A stretch of DNA of 64,000 nucleotides from Opitutia bacterium. GTDB taxonomy: Bacteria > Verrucomicrobiota > Verrucomicrobiia > Opitutales > Opitutaceae. The stretch's first letter is position 1. Every line of letters begins with the position of its first letter. The stretch covers positions 512,001-576,000 of the forward strand of contig CANJVR010000001.1 of NCBI GenBank assembly GCA_947478395.1, written 5' to 3'. Below are positions 1 through 9,278 of this stretch, one piece after another. The position numbers and the translations under genes were made by a program. Below the pieces are notes generated by a model. The model made no database searches, was not told the DNA's origin, and worked only from the letters and a program-made list of their open reading frames with translations.

Positions 1-76
1 CATCCTCAATGGGCTTGCCCGGTTCATAGACCGGTTGCGTGAGCACGGAGGGTTTGACCAGCGCTTCGAGTTTCAT
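1..76 (-). CDS. hisC: Histidinol-phosphate aminotransferase, N-terminal fragment (runs off window start)
   Basis: Manual translation from ATG at 76: MKLEALVKPSVLTQPVYEPGKPIED; YxPGKPIE is the typical HisC N-terminus. Not in the ORF track. Confidence 0.7.
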   Translation of the reverse strand, partial: MKLEALVKPSVLTQPVYEPGKPIED

Positions 77-334
77 CCCCTCAGACGAACACCATTCGAC
101 TCCCACGCGAAAGCCCGAAATGAAGCGCATAGGCAGCGCCGCCTGAATCGGCTGCTGGGCGCCGCGTCCGTGACGCCTTGACCGCGGCGAAATCGGCGGC
201 GCGACTCGCCTTAAAAATTCTCCTCAACCAGGGTGGAATTGGAGCCGAACGCGATTCAGGTTTCGACGCGGCCACGTTCGCGGTCGATGCCGCATTTTCG
301 CTCGAGGAATCCAATTTCACGCGGGCCCTTTGCG

Positions 335-440
335 TTCAGCCGCAGACGACGTAGCGGCCGGCGGCCCTGCCTGCCGGGTTAGGCGGCCTCGTTTCGGCCG
401 GCCGGGACGCCGGCTGCTACAGAAACCGGCCACGGAAATA
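335..440 (+). repeat. REP-like palindromic repeat, family A (GTAG...CTAC), degenerate copy
   Basis: gtagcggccggcggccctgcctgcc...ggccggccgggacgccggctgctac followed by aaaccggccacggaaa, shared with copies at 6.6, 26.2, 40.7, 50.4 and 54.8 kb. Confidence 0.75.
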
Positions 441-451
441 CCTAAAACGCG

Positions 452-1045
452 CTAAACCTTCCGACTCGCCACGCGCACCCATTGCATGCCCGCCGCCTCG
501 GCTGCGCGCATTCCGGGCTCCGCGTCTTCGAACACCAGGCAACGCGCAGGCGCGACGCCCATGCGTTGCGCCGCGAGTAAAAACATATCGGGCGCCGGCT
601 TGCCATGCGTCACATCGTCAGCCGAAACCACGATGGGAAAAAGGTCCGATAAGCCGCTGCACTGAAGAGACTGCCGGACCACGTTGCGCGGTCCGCCCGA
701 CGCGATGGCCGTCGGATGCGTTTTCGCCACCTGACGGGCAAACGCAACTACGGGCTCAATCAAGCGCACCGCCGCCAGCTTCTCGACGAAGAGCCTTTCT
801 TTTTCATGAAACACCGCCTCGGTGTCGATCGTGAGCTGGTAGTGCGCCGCGAACAGATCGGCGACGCGGCGCGTCGGCACGCCGCCGAGCGCATAAAACA
901 AATCCTCGCTCAAGGTTTCCTTCAGACCCGCGCGCTGCATCGCCGCATCCCATGCAAGATAATGCACGGGCATCGAATCGATGAGCGTGCCATCGAGATC
1001 GAAAATATAGCCCGCGAATTCTCCGGCCGGAATCTCCAGATGCAT
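452..1045 (-). CDS. HAD-superfamily phosphatase (beta-phosphoglucomutase/YqaB-like)
   Basis: IFDLDGTLIDS motif I, GKPAPD and VFEDA motifs; start moved to MHLEIP. Confidence 0.9.
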   Translation of the reverse strand: MHLEIPAGEFAGYIFDLDGTLIDSMPVHYLAWDAAMQRAGLKETLSEDLFYALGGVPTRRVADLFAAHYQLTIDTEAVFHEKERLFVEKLAAVRLIEPVVAFARQVAKTHPTAIASGGPRNVVRQSLQCSGLSDLFPIVVSADDVTHGKPAPDMFLLAAQRMGVAPARCLVFEDAEPGMRAAEAAGMQWVRVASRKV

Positions 1046-1292
1046 AAAGGCGCGGACGCTCGCACGCCCACTCCCACTTTCAATCCTCAACTTCGAGCAC
1101 GCCAAGGACTCCCGGAGGGCGGAGCTTCAAGCGCCTATCCGAATAACGAGTCCACGTCGGCCCACGCGCTGCCTCAAGGACGGCAAAACGCACACTCTGC
1201 GCCACCAAATCTTCGTTGGCCTGATACAGCGGACTCGGTCAACCGAGATGAATGCGGTTGCGCGTCCCGGCTCGAATCCTAGCTGTTCAGGG

Positions 1293-3914
1293 ATGTCCGC
1301 CACCACTGAACCCGCCGCTATGCCGACGCAGGCCGCTGCACCGCTGCAGCGTCCGGTCGCGCGACCGGAGTTACTCGCTCCCGCCGGCGACTGGGAATGC
1401 GCGCGCGCGGCCGTGGAAAATGGCGCCGATGCGATCTATTTCGGCCTCGAGCGGTTCAACGCCCGCATGCGCGCGAAAAACTTCACGCAGGCGGATCTGC
1501 CGGCGCTGATGACGTTCCTCCACCGACGCGGCGTGCGCGGCTACGTCACGTTCAACACGCTCGTTTTCACCCAGGAACTTCCCGACGCCGAAGAATATCT
1601 CCGTACAATCATCGCCGCAGGCGTCGACGCCGCGATTGTCCAGGACGTCGGCATCTGCCGCATGATTCGCGCGCTCTCACCGGATTTCCCGATCCATACG
1701 TCGACGCAAATGACCGTGACCAGCGCCGCCGGCGTAGACTTCGCCCGCGACCTCGGCGCCAACCTTGTCGTCCTTGCGCGCGAGAATTCGATCGCCGAGA
1801 TCGAGAAAATCCAAGCCGCGCAAATCTCCGCCGCCGCTGCGCTTCCGCTGGAAGTGTTCGTGCACGGCGCCCTCTGCGTGGCGTACTCCGGCCAATGCCT
1901 CACAAGCGAATCCCTCGGTGGCCGCTCGGCCAATCGCGGCGAATGCGCCCAAGCCTGTCGCCTGCCTTACGATCTCATTTCGGACGGTGAGAAAGTCGAT
2001 CTCGGCGACCGCCGTTACCTGCTCAGCCCGCAAGATCTCGCGGGGCTCGATGTCTTGCCCGAACTCGTCCGCGTCGGGATCGCGTCGTTGAAAATCGAAG
2101 GCCGGCTGAAATCACCCGAGTACGTCGCAAGCATCACGCGCGTGTACCGCCAAGCCTTGGACAAGGTCATGCTCGAACGCGGGAGCGCCGCCCCCGCATC
2201 GCCCGCCTCCGACCGCGCCCACTACGAACTCCAGATGGCGTTCTCCCGCGGCCAGTACACCGGCTGGTTTCGCGGGATCAATAACCAGGAACTCGCGCAC
2301 GGCCGGTTCGGGACGAAGCGCGGCGTACTCCTCGGCGAAATCAGACGCGTGGCCGGCGAATCGATTTCCCTCGCCCTCGCCGCTCCACTGAAGCCCGGCG
2401 ACGGCGTGGTCTTCGATGCCGGCAATCCCGCAGAACGCGAGGAAGGCGGCCGCGTTTATCAAGTCGAGGCCGCCCGCGATGCCGCGGGCGAAACCTCCCT
2501 GCGCTTCGGTCAGGGCGACATCGACTGGCGTCGCGTGCGCGCCGGCCAGCTGGTCTGGAAAACCAACGACCCCGCACTCGACCGCGAGCTGCGGGGCACG
2601 TTCGAAGGCGAAAAAATCCGCTTCCAACGCCCGATCGATCTCGAAGTCCATGGTCACGCCGGTTCACCGCTCACGCTCATCGCGCGCGACGCGCACGGCC
2701 ACGTCGCACAAAGCACCTCCGCGCTTCCGCTGACTGCCGCGGAAAACCAGCCGCTCACCACCGAACGGCTTCGCGATCAACTCGGCCGGCTCGGCGCCAC
2801 GCCGTTCGCACTTGGCGCGTTGAAAAATCTCCTCGAGGGCGAAGTCATCCTTCCCGTCAGCGAACTCAACCGTCTCCGCCGCGAAACCATCGCCGCGCTC
2901 GAAACGCTCGCCGCCCAGCCCACGCGCTGGGCCCTCGCCCCTCGGACCCCGCAGCCTTCGCCTTCCCGCGTTCAAAATGGTGCCGCGCCGACGGACGCGT
3001 CGCCCGAACTGGTCATCGTCGTTCGCAGTCTCGAACAGCTCGATGCCGCGCTCACCTGCCCGGGCATCGTCACGGTGTACTGCGAATTCGAAAACCCGAA
3101 GCACTACCGCGACGCAGTCCAACGCTTCCGCGCCTGGCAAACTCAAGGCGGCGAAAACCAGCAGACCAACGCCGAACCTTCGCGTGCGCCGAGCAGCATC
3201 TGGGTCGCGGCGCCACGGATCTTCAAACCGGGCGAGGAATGGATCCTCAAGCAGGTGCGTTCGTCGGAGGCCGACGGTTATCTCGTCCGCAACTACGATC
3301 ATCTCGCGTTTTTTGCCGCCGACCGCAAACGCGGCGATTTCTCGCTCAACGTCGCGAACCCGCTCACCGCCGCGCATTTTATCGAGCGCCACGGACTCGA
3401 GCGCGTGACGGCCAGCTACGATCTTAACATCACTCAGCTCGAAGCGCTGCTCGGCGCGGCGCCGGGCCACTGGTTCGACCTCACGATTCACCAGCACATG
3501 CCGATGTTTCACATGGAGCACTGCGTGTTCTGCGCGTTTCTCTCCTCGGGCAAGGACTACCGCGACTGCGGCCGCCCGTGCGACACGCACCGCGTGGCCT
3601 TGCGCGATCGCGTCGGCGCGGATCTTCCACTCAAGGCCGACGCCGGCTGCCGCAACACCGTCTACAACAACCGGGCTCAAACCGGCGCCGACTACGTGGC
3701 CCGCCTGATCGAACTCGGCGCGCGCCATTTCCGGGTCGAGTTTGTAAATGAACGTCCCGACGACGTGGTCCGCACGATCACGCGCTACCAGCAACTCATC
3801 CGCGGCGAAATCACCGGCGCCGATGTCTGGCGCGAACTAAAATTGATCAACCAGCTCGGCGTCACCCGCGGCCAGATGGAAACCGCACCGCAGTTCATCG
3901 CGAAGAAAAAGTAG
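1293..3914 (+). CDS. Peptidase U32 family protein with DUF3656 region (RlhA-like, probable Fe-S RNA hydroxylase)
   Basis: PELLAPAG, GADAIYFG, HGALCVAYSGQC, NRGECAQACRLPY, LKIEGRLK; start uncertain (1248 or 1293). Confidence 0.85.
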   Translation: MSATTEPAAMPTQAAAPLQRPVARPELLAPAGDWECARAAVENGADAIYFGLERFNARMRAKNFTQADLPALMTFLHRRGVRGYVTFNTLVFTQELPDAEEYLRTIIAAGVDAAIVQDVGICRMIRALSPDFPIHTSTQMTVTSAAGVDFARDLGANLVVLARENSIAEIEKIQAAQISAAAALPLEVFVHGALCVAYSGQCLTSESLGGRSANRGECAQACRLPYDLISDGEKVDLGDRRYLLSPQDLAGLDVLPELVRVGIASLKIEGRLKSPEYVASITRVYRQALDKVMLERGSAAPASPASDRAHYELQMAFSRGQYTGWFRGINNQELAHGRFGTKRGVLLGEIRRVAGESISLALAAPLKPGDGVVFDAGNPAEREEGGRVYQVEAARDAAGETSLRFGQGDIDWRRVRAGQLVWKTNDPALDRELRGTFEGEKIRFQRPIDLEVHGHAGSPLTLIARDAHGHVAQSTSALPLTAAENQPLTTERLRDQLGRLGATPFALGALKNLLEGEVILPVSELNRLRRETIAALETLAAQPTRWALAPRTPQPSPSRVQNGAAPTDASPELVIVVRSLEQLDAALTCPGIVTVYCEFENPKHYRDAVQRFRAWQTQGGENQQTNAEPSRAPSSIWVAAPRIFKPGEEWILKQVRSSEADGYLVRNYDHLAFFAADRKRGDFSLNVANPLTAAHFIERHGLERVTASYDLNITQLEALLGAAPGHWFDLTIHQHMPMFHMEHCVFCAFLSSGKDYRDCGRPCDTHRVALRDRVGADLPLKADAGCRNTVYNNRAQTGADYVARLIELGARHFRVEFVNERPDDVVRTITRYQQLIRGEITGADVWRELKLINQLGVTRGQMETAPQFIAKKK

Positions 3915-3923
3915 GAGGGCCGA

Positions 3924-3998
3924 TTAGCGCGGCGCATCAGACCGCGCTCCGGATGCGAACCCGTCCAACTCGGAGCGCGGTCTGACGCCTCGCGCTAC
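3924..3998. repeat. REP-like inverted repeat between convergent genes
   Basis: tagcgcggcgcatcagaccgcgctccg ... cggagcgcggtctgacgcctcgcgctac. Confidence 0.6.
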
Positions 3999-4014
3999 GT
4001 CGCAAATCGCCGGC

Positions 4015-4395
4015 TCACTTCGGACGCTGGATCAACTCCACTTCGTAGCCTTCCGGCGCGTCGATAAAGGCGATCACGCCGCCGTTCTTCATCGGCGTCG
4101 GTCCATCGCTCAGCGGATAACCTTTCCTCGTCATCTCGGCCGCGTACGCCACCAGATCATCGACCTCGAACGCGAGGTGCATCAGATCGGACTGCACCTG
4201 CACCGCCGGTGAGCCGGGCGGCATCTGACACAGCTCGATTTCCTCGTCGCTATTCGGCGTCGCAAGGAACGCGAGCTGGGCCCCGCGCGGCGACGTATTC
4301 CGGCGCGCGACTTTCAAGCCGAGCGCCTCGTAGAATTTCACCGTGCGCTCCAGATCGTTGACGCGCATGCGCGTGTGCAGAAGTTTTTTGATCAT
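4015..4395 (-). CDS. VOC/glyoxalase (lactoylglutathione lyase-like) protein
   Basis: LHTRMRVNDLERTVKFY, HLAFEVDD, FIDAPEGYEVELIQ; start at MIKKLL. Confidence 0.85.
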   Translation of the reverse strand: MIKKLLHTRMRVNDLERTVKFYEALGLKVARRNTSPRGAQLAFLATPNSDEEIELCQMPPGSPAVQVQSDLMHLAFEVDDLVAYAAEMTRKGYPLSDGPTPMKNGGVIAFIDAPEGYEVELIQRPK

Positions 4396-4470
4396 GACGA
4401 TCCGAGGCTGAAAACTTTCTTCCGCGTCGCCAACGTCATTTCTCGCGCCCACGTTTTTCCGCTCCACCCC

Positions 4471-6588
4471 ATGCGCTTTTTCCCTGCTTGTCTGCTCGCC
4501 GCCACGCTCGGCCTCGGTCTCCACGCTGCGCCGATCGACCGCCAGGCCCTCGTCAGCCGGCACAATCCCGTGATCACCGACGTCGATCCTTGGGCCCCGC
4601 TATCGGTGGGCAACGGCCGGTTCGCGTTCACGGCCGATGTCACCGGTCTCCAGACCTTCGGCGATGACTACTACGCGAAGGGCATTCCGCTCGAAACGCT
4701 CGCGCGTTGGGCCTGGCACACCAACGCGAATCCAAACGGTTACCAACTCTCCGACGCGAACCACGACTACACCTCGTACGGAAAAACCGTCGGTTACCCG
4801 ATGGTCCAAAGCGGGCCCGCCGGCATGTGGCTCCGCGAGAATCCGCAGGACGTGCCCATCGGCCAGCTCGCGCTCGACTTCACCCGCGACTCCGGGGCCC
4901 CGCTCGCGCCGAACGATATCAGCGCGATCAACCAAACGCTCGATCTCTGGTCCGGCACAACCACGAGCCATTACACGCTCGCCGGCGCGCCGGTCACCGT
5001 CGTGGTCGCATGCGATCCAGCCAGCGACACCATCGCCGTCCGCCTGAGTTCACCGTTGGTGGCCGCGGGTAAACTCGGCGTGCGCGTGGCCTTTCCCCGG
5101 GCGCATGACATTCGCACGAAAAATAATCCGGCGCTCGATTGGACCAAGCCGGAGGCGCACACCACCACGGTGGTCCGTCAAACCGATCGCGCCCTCAACC
5201 TTTCACGCGCGATCGACGCCACTCACTACCAATCGTCCATCGTCGCGACCGGCCCCGTGAATTTCACCGCGGATGGCCCGCACGCCTTTCGGATTCGTTC
5301 GGTTTCCGGCGACACGCTCGAGTTCACCCTCGGATTTGTCGCCGAAGGAACGTTGGCCGCCGTGACTCCGAGTTCCATTCGGACCGCCAGCGCCCAATAT
5401 TGGGAAAAATTTTGGCGCTCGGGCGGCGCCATCGATTTCTCCGGCAGCAAGGATCTGCGCGCGAGCGAACTCGAGCGGCGCGTCGTGCTCTCGCAATATC
5501 TGACCGCGATCCAGTTCGCCGGCGATTTCCCGCCCCAGGAAAGCGGGCTCACCAACAGCACGTGGTACGGCAAGCATCACACCGAGATGATCTGGTGGCA
5601 CGCCGCGCACTTCGCGCTCTGGGGCCGCGACTCATTTCTCGCGAAAAATCTCGAATGGTACCAACGGAGCCTACCGGTCGCCCGCGCCATCGCCGAGGGG
5701 CGAGGTCTGCGCGGCGCGCGCTGGCCGAAGATGATCGGACCCGACGGACGCGAAAGCCCCGGTGGCAACCCGCTCATAATCTGGAATCAACCCCACGTCA
5801 TCCATCTCTCCGAACTCCTGTACCGCAACACGCCCGCGCCGGCCACGCTCGCGCGTTATCGCGAGCTCGTGTTCGAGACGGCCGAGTGCATGGCGTCGAT
5901 GCTGCATTGGGACGAAAAGCGCGGGTGTTATCTCCTCGGGCCGCCGCTTTGGATCGCGCAGGAAATCTACGATCAGGCGACCAGCATGAATCCAACCTAC
6001 GAGCTCAGCTACTGGGCGCGCGGACTGGAAATCGCGCAGCAATGGCGCGAGCGACTCGGCCTCCCGCGGAATCCCGAATGGGAAAAAATGCGCACGCATA
6101 TGGCGCCGCTACCGCAAAAGGACGGACGTTACGTCGCACTCGAATCCACGCCGGATACGTGGGACAACAAAGACAGCCGTCACGACCATCCATCGTTTCT
6201 GATGGCGCTGGGCCAGCTGCCGGGCGACGGCGTGGATCGCGCCGTCATGCGCCGCACGCTCGACGCCACGCTCGCGACGTGGGATTGGGAAACGAAAATC
6301 TGGGGCTGGGATTATCCGATGATCGCAATGACCGCCGCGCGACTCGGCGCGCCGCAGCAAGCCGTCGACATCCTGCTCAAGAATGGCCCGAACAACGCCT
6401 ACAAGGCCAACGGCCACAATCCGCAGCGCGGCGATCTGCCGGTCTATCTGCCGGGCAATGGCGCGTTGCTCGCGGCCGTCGCCCTCATGGCCGGCGGCTG
6501 GGATGGCGCGCCCGCCGGCGATGCGCCAGGATTTCCACGCGACGGTTCGTGGGTCGTACACGCCGAAGGCTTGCATCCGCTGCCTTGA
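4471..6588 (+). CDS. Secreted six-hairpin glycoside hydrolase (GH65/GH95-like fold, family uncertain)
   Basis: Signal peptide MRFFPACLLAATL; PLSVGNGRFAFTADVTGLQT, PPQESGL, WYGKHH, WGWDYP. Confidence 0.7.
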   Translation: MRFFPACLLAATLGLGLHAAPIDRQALVSRHNPVITDVDPWAPLSVGNGRFAFTADVTGLQTFGDDYYAKGIPLETLARWAWHTNANPNGYQLSDANHDYTSYGKTVGYPMVQSGPAGMWLRENPQDVPIGQLALDFTRDSGAPLAPNDISAINQTLDLWSGTTTSHYTLAGAPVTVVVACDPASDTIAVRLSSPLVAAGKLGVRVAFPRAHDIRTKNNPALDWTKPEAHTTTVVRQTDRALNLSRAIDATHYQSSIVATGPVNFTADGPHAFRIRSVSGDTLEFTLGFVAEGTLAAVTPSSIRTASAQYWEKFWRSGGAIDFSGSKDLRASELERRVVLSQYLTAIQFAGDFPPQESGLTNSTWYGKHHTEMIWWHAAHFALWGRDSFLAKNLEWYQRSLPVARAIAEGRGLRGARWPKMIGPDGRESPGGNPLIIWNQPHVIHLSELLYRNTPAPATLARYRELVFETAECMASMLHWDEKRGCYLLGPPLWIAQEIYDQATSMNPTYELSYWARGLEIAQQWRERLGLPRNPEWEKMRTHMAPLPQKDGRYVALESTPDTWDNKDSRHDHPSFLMALGQLPGDGVDRAVMRRTLDATLATWDWETKIWGWDYPMIAMTAARLGAPQQAVDILLKNGPNNAYKANGHNPQRGDLPVYLPGNGALLAAVALMAGGWDGAPAGDAPGFPRDGSWVVHAEGLHPLP

Positions 6589-6611
6589 AGGCCCGCGCCC
6601 CGCGGTAGAGC

Positions 6612-6737
6612 CGTGTGGCCATAAAACGGTTTAGGGTCGCGGCCGGCGTCTCGGCCTGCCGGGCACGGCGTTCGCGTTTCCGCAGGCCGGGACGCCTGCT
6701 ACTACTTCGATAGCGGCTACGCTTTTGATTAAACCGC
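6612..6737 (-). repeat. REP-like family A copy
   Basis: Reverse complement reads gcggtttaatcaaaagcgtagccgctatcgaagtagtagcaggcgtcccggcctgc, matching the copy at 26201. Confidence 0.75.
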
Positions 6738-6883
6738 CCTGGAACTGGCGCGATAACGACGACGGGCTCTACCTCACGGAGCACTGGTTCGGTTACGTTT
6801 GCGCTACAGCCGAATTAAAACTCGTTTTGCCCAGCTGGGGAAATAGCCTACTCCCTTTCGTCGTCCCCTCCTGTCGCAACCGC

Positions 6884-8977
6884 ATGGCCTCGCGCTCCAA
6901 AAAGAAATCCTCGCCGCCGGCCCCCGTCTTTTTCGACCGTGAGCTGAGCTGGCTGGCTTTTAATCAACGCGTCCTCGCCCAGGCACAAAGCGACCGACAT
7001 CCGCTGCTCGAACGCGTCCGTTTCCTCGCCATCGTCAGCTCCAACCTCGACGAATTTTTCGAGATTCGCGTCGCCGGACTCATTCAACAGACCGATTCCG
7101 GCCTCATCGAACCGAGTTCGGATGGCATGTCGCCCGGGGAGGCCCTGCGCCAGATCCACACCCTCGTCACCGAGATGGTGCGCCAGCAATACAACTGCTG
7201 GCACGACCAGCTTCTCCCCGCGCTCGCCGCCCAAGGCGTGCATTTTACCTCCGCCAAAGATCTTTCGCCGGCGGAACTCAAATGGGTTCGCGCCTATTTC
7301 CGTGACCAGGTTTATCCGGTCCTGACGCCGCTCGCGCTCGATCAGGCGCATCCGTTTCCGCAGCTCGGTAACAAGACGCTCAACGTCATCGTTTCGCTCG
7401 ATAACCCCGACTCCCCGGAGATCGAAAAACTCATCGCGATCCTGCCCGTGCCGCGCATTTTGCCGCGCCTGGTCGTCATCGCCCCGAAAAAAGACGGACC
7501 GCAGCGCACCATTTTTCTCAGCGAGATCATCAAGCTCTGTGCGGGTGAACTTTTTCCCGGTTACACCGTCACCAGCGCCCACGCCTTCCGCGTCACCCGC
7601 AACAGCGATCTCTACATCGACGAGGAAGAATCCGCCAATCTCCTCAAAAAAATCGAAGACGAGCTGCGCAATCTCCGACGCGGCGCGGCCGTGCGGCTTG
7701 AGATTGAGGACGGCGTCGACGCCGAGATCTTTGCGAAATTGTGCGAGCATCTCGCCCTCGCCCAGGAATATGTTTTCCGCATCAACGGTCCGGTCAATCT
7801 GCTGCGGCTGCAGAGCCTCGCCGACATCGAGCGCTCCGACCTGAAATATCCGCCCTTTACGCCCGCCAACGCCACGCCGCTGGCGGATACCACGCGCATC
7901 TTCGATACGCTGCGCGACCAGGATGTGCTGCTGCACCATCCCTACGATTCGTTTCAACCCGTCGTCGATTTCGTCGAGCAGGCCGCGCGTGATCCCCAAG
8001 TGTTCGCCATCAAACAGACGTTCTATCGCACCAGCGGCGACTCGCCCTTGGTTCGCGCGCTCATCGAGGCCTCGAAAAACGGCAAGCAGGTCACCGCCCT
8101 AGTCGAACTGAAAGCCCGCTTTGACGAAGCGAACAATATTCAGTGGGCGAAGCAGCTCGAAGAAGCCGGCGTGCACGTCGTCTACGGTCTCGTCGGTCAC
8201 AAGACGCACTGCAAACTCTGTCTCGTCGTCCGCCGCGAAGGCCGGCGGATGAAACACTACGCTCATCTGGGGACCGGCAACTACAACCCGCGTACGGCCC
8301 GGCTCTACACCGATCTCAGCTACTTCACCACGCGCGCCGGCATCACGAAGGACGTCGCGCAGCTGTTCAACACGCTCACCGGGTTTGGTCGTTCTCCCGT
8401 TTTCCGCCACCTGCTTGTGGCGCCCTACAATCTTCACCGGCGCATCGGCGAACTCATCCAACGCGAGGCGAAGAACGCCGCCGCCGGCAAACCCGCGCGC
8501 ATCATCGCAAAGATGAACGCGCTCGTCGACCAAGCGACGATCGAATCCCTCTACGCCGCCTCCCAGGCCGGCGTGAAGATCGACCTCATTGTTCGCGGCG
8601 TCTGCTGTCTCGTCCCCGGCGTGAAGGGGCTCAGCGAAAACATCCGCGTTCGCAGTCTTGTCGGCCGTTTCCTCGAACACGCCCGCGCGATCTATTTCGA
8701 AAACGCCGGCGGCGAACCACTCATTCTTGCCGGCAGTGCCGACTGGATGCCGCGTAATTTTTTCCGCCGCATCGAAGTGGTCTTCCCGATCGACGATCCC
8801 GCATTGCGCCATTGGATGATCCGCGAATTTTTCCCAACCGAACTGCGCGACACGGCGAACGCCTATATCCTGCACGCCAGCGGCGCCTACTCACCGGCGC
8901 GGCACCGCCCGGGCGAGCCCGCCTTTTCCGTCCAGGCCCGCTGTATGGCGGCCGCGAGCAAACGCGCCGGCGGCTGA
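6884..8977 (+). CDS. ppk1: Polyphosphate kinase 1
   Basis: RELSWLAFNQRVL, SNLDEFFEIRVAGL, LHHPYDSF, ELKARFDE, HLGTGNYN, GSADWMPRN; start at MASRSKK. Confidence 0.97.
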   Translation: MASRSKKKSSPPAPVFFDRELSWLAFNQRVLAQAQSDRHPLLERVRFLAIVSSNLDEFFEIRVAGLIQQTDSGLIEPSSDGMSPGEALRQIHTLVTEMVRQQYNCWHDQLLPALAAQGVHFTSAKDLSPAELKWVRAYFRDQVYPVLTPLALDQAHPFPQLGNKTLNVIVSLDNPDSPEIEKLIAILPVPRILPRLVVIAPKKDGPQRTIFLSEIIKLCAGELFPGYTVTSAHAFRVTRNSDLYIDEEESANLLKKIEDELRNLRRGAAVRLEIEDGVDAEIFAKLCEHLALAQEYVFRINGPVNLLRLQSLADIERSDLKYPPFTPANATPLADTTRIFDTLRDQDVLLHHPYDSFQPVVDFVEQAARDPQVFAIKQTFYRTSGDSPLVRALIEASKNGKQVTALVELKARFDEANNIQWAKQLEEAGVHVVYGLVGHKTHCKLCLVVRREGRRMKHYAHLGTGNYNPRTARLYTDLSYFTTRAGITKDVAQLFNTLTGFGRSPVFRHLLVAPYNLHRRIGELIQREAKNAAAGKPARIIAKMNALVDQATIESLYAASQAGVKIDLIVRGVCCLVPGVKGLSENIRVRSLVGRFLEHARAIYFENAGGEPLILAGSADWMPRNFFRRIEVVFPIDDPALRHWMIREFFPTELRDTANAYILHASGAYSPARHRPGEPAFSVQARCMAAASKRAGG

Positions 8978-9278
8978 GCAGGTGCGTTTGCGGCGTAGAG
9001 CGCCTTTGCTCACGAGCTAGCGGGCGACTGGTTGTTGGCGGGGTGCCCTCACCCCGCAGCGGCGTCGCAAATGATCTCACGTCACGCGGGGTGCTGGATG
9101 AATCCGCCTCCATTTTAGCCCAATCGATCCGTCCGCCTTGGGCTTGGTTGCAGCCTCATTTTCGATCGCCGGAATCCCAATCACCCCGCGATCCTTCCGT
9201 TCTCAACGTCACGTCGTCAGCGCGTTTCATTCCAAATCCTGTTTTGCGCCCCACCACGGTCCAATTCCCCTCCTTCTC

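Noticed and set aside
81..320. 79-aa ORF upstream of hisC
   Set aside because: Plausibly positioned, but it has no recognisable motif and starts next to a REP; cannot be supported.
5139..6608. 489-aa Arg-rich alternative-frame ORF, and similar ones across the window
   Set aside because: Off-frame overlaps with real genes, with the Arg/Ala/Pro composition typical of GC-rich artefacts.
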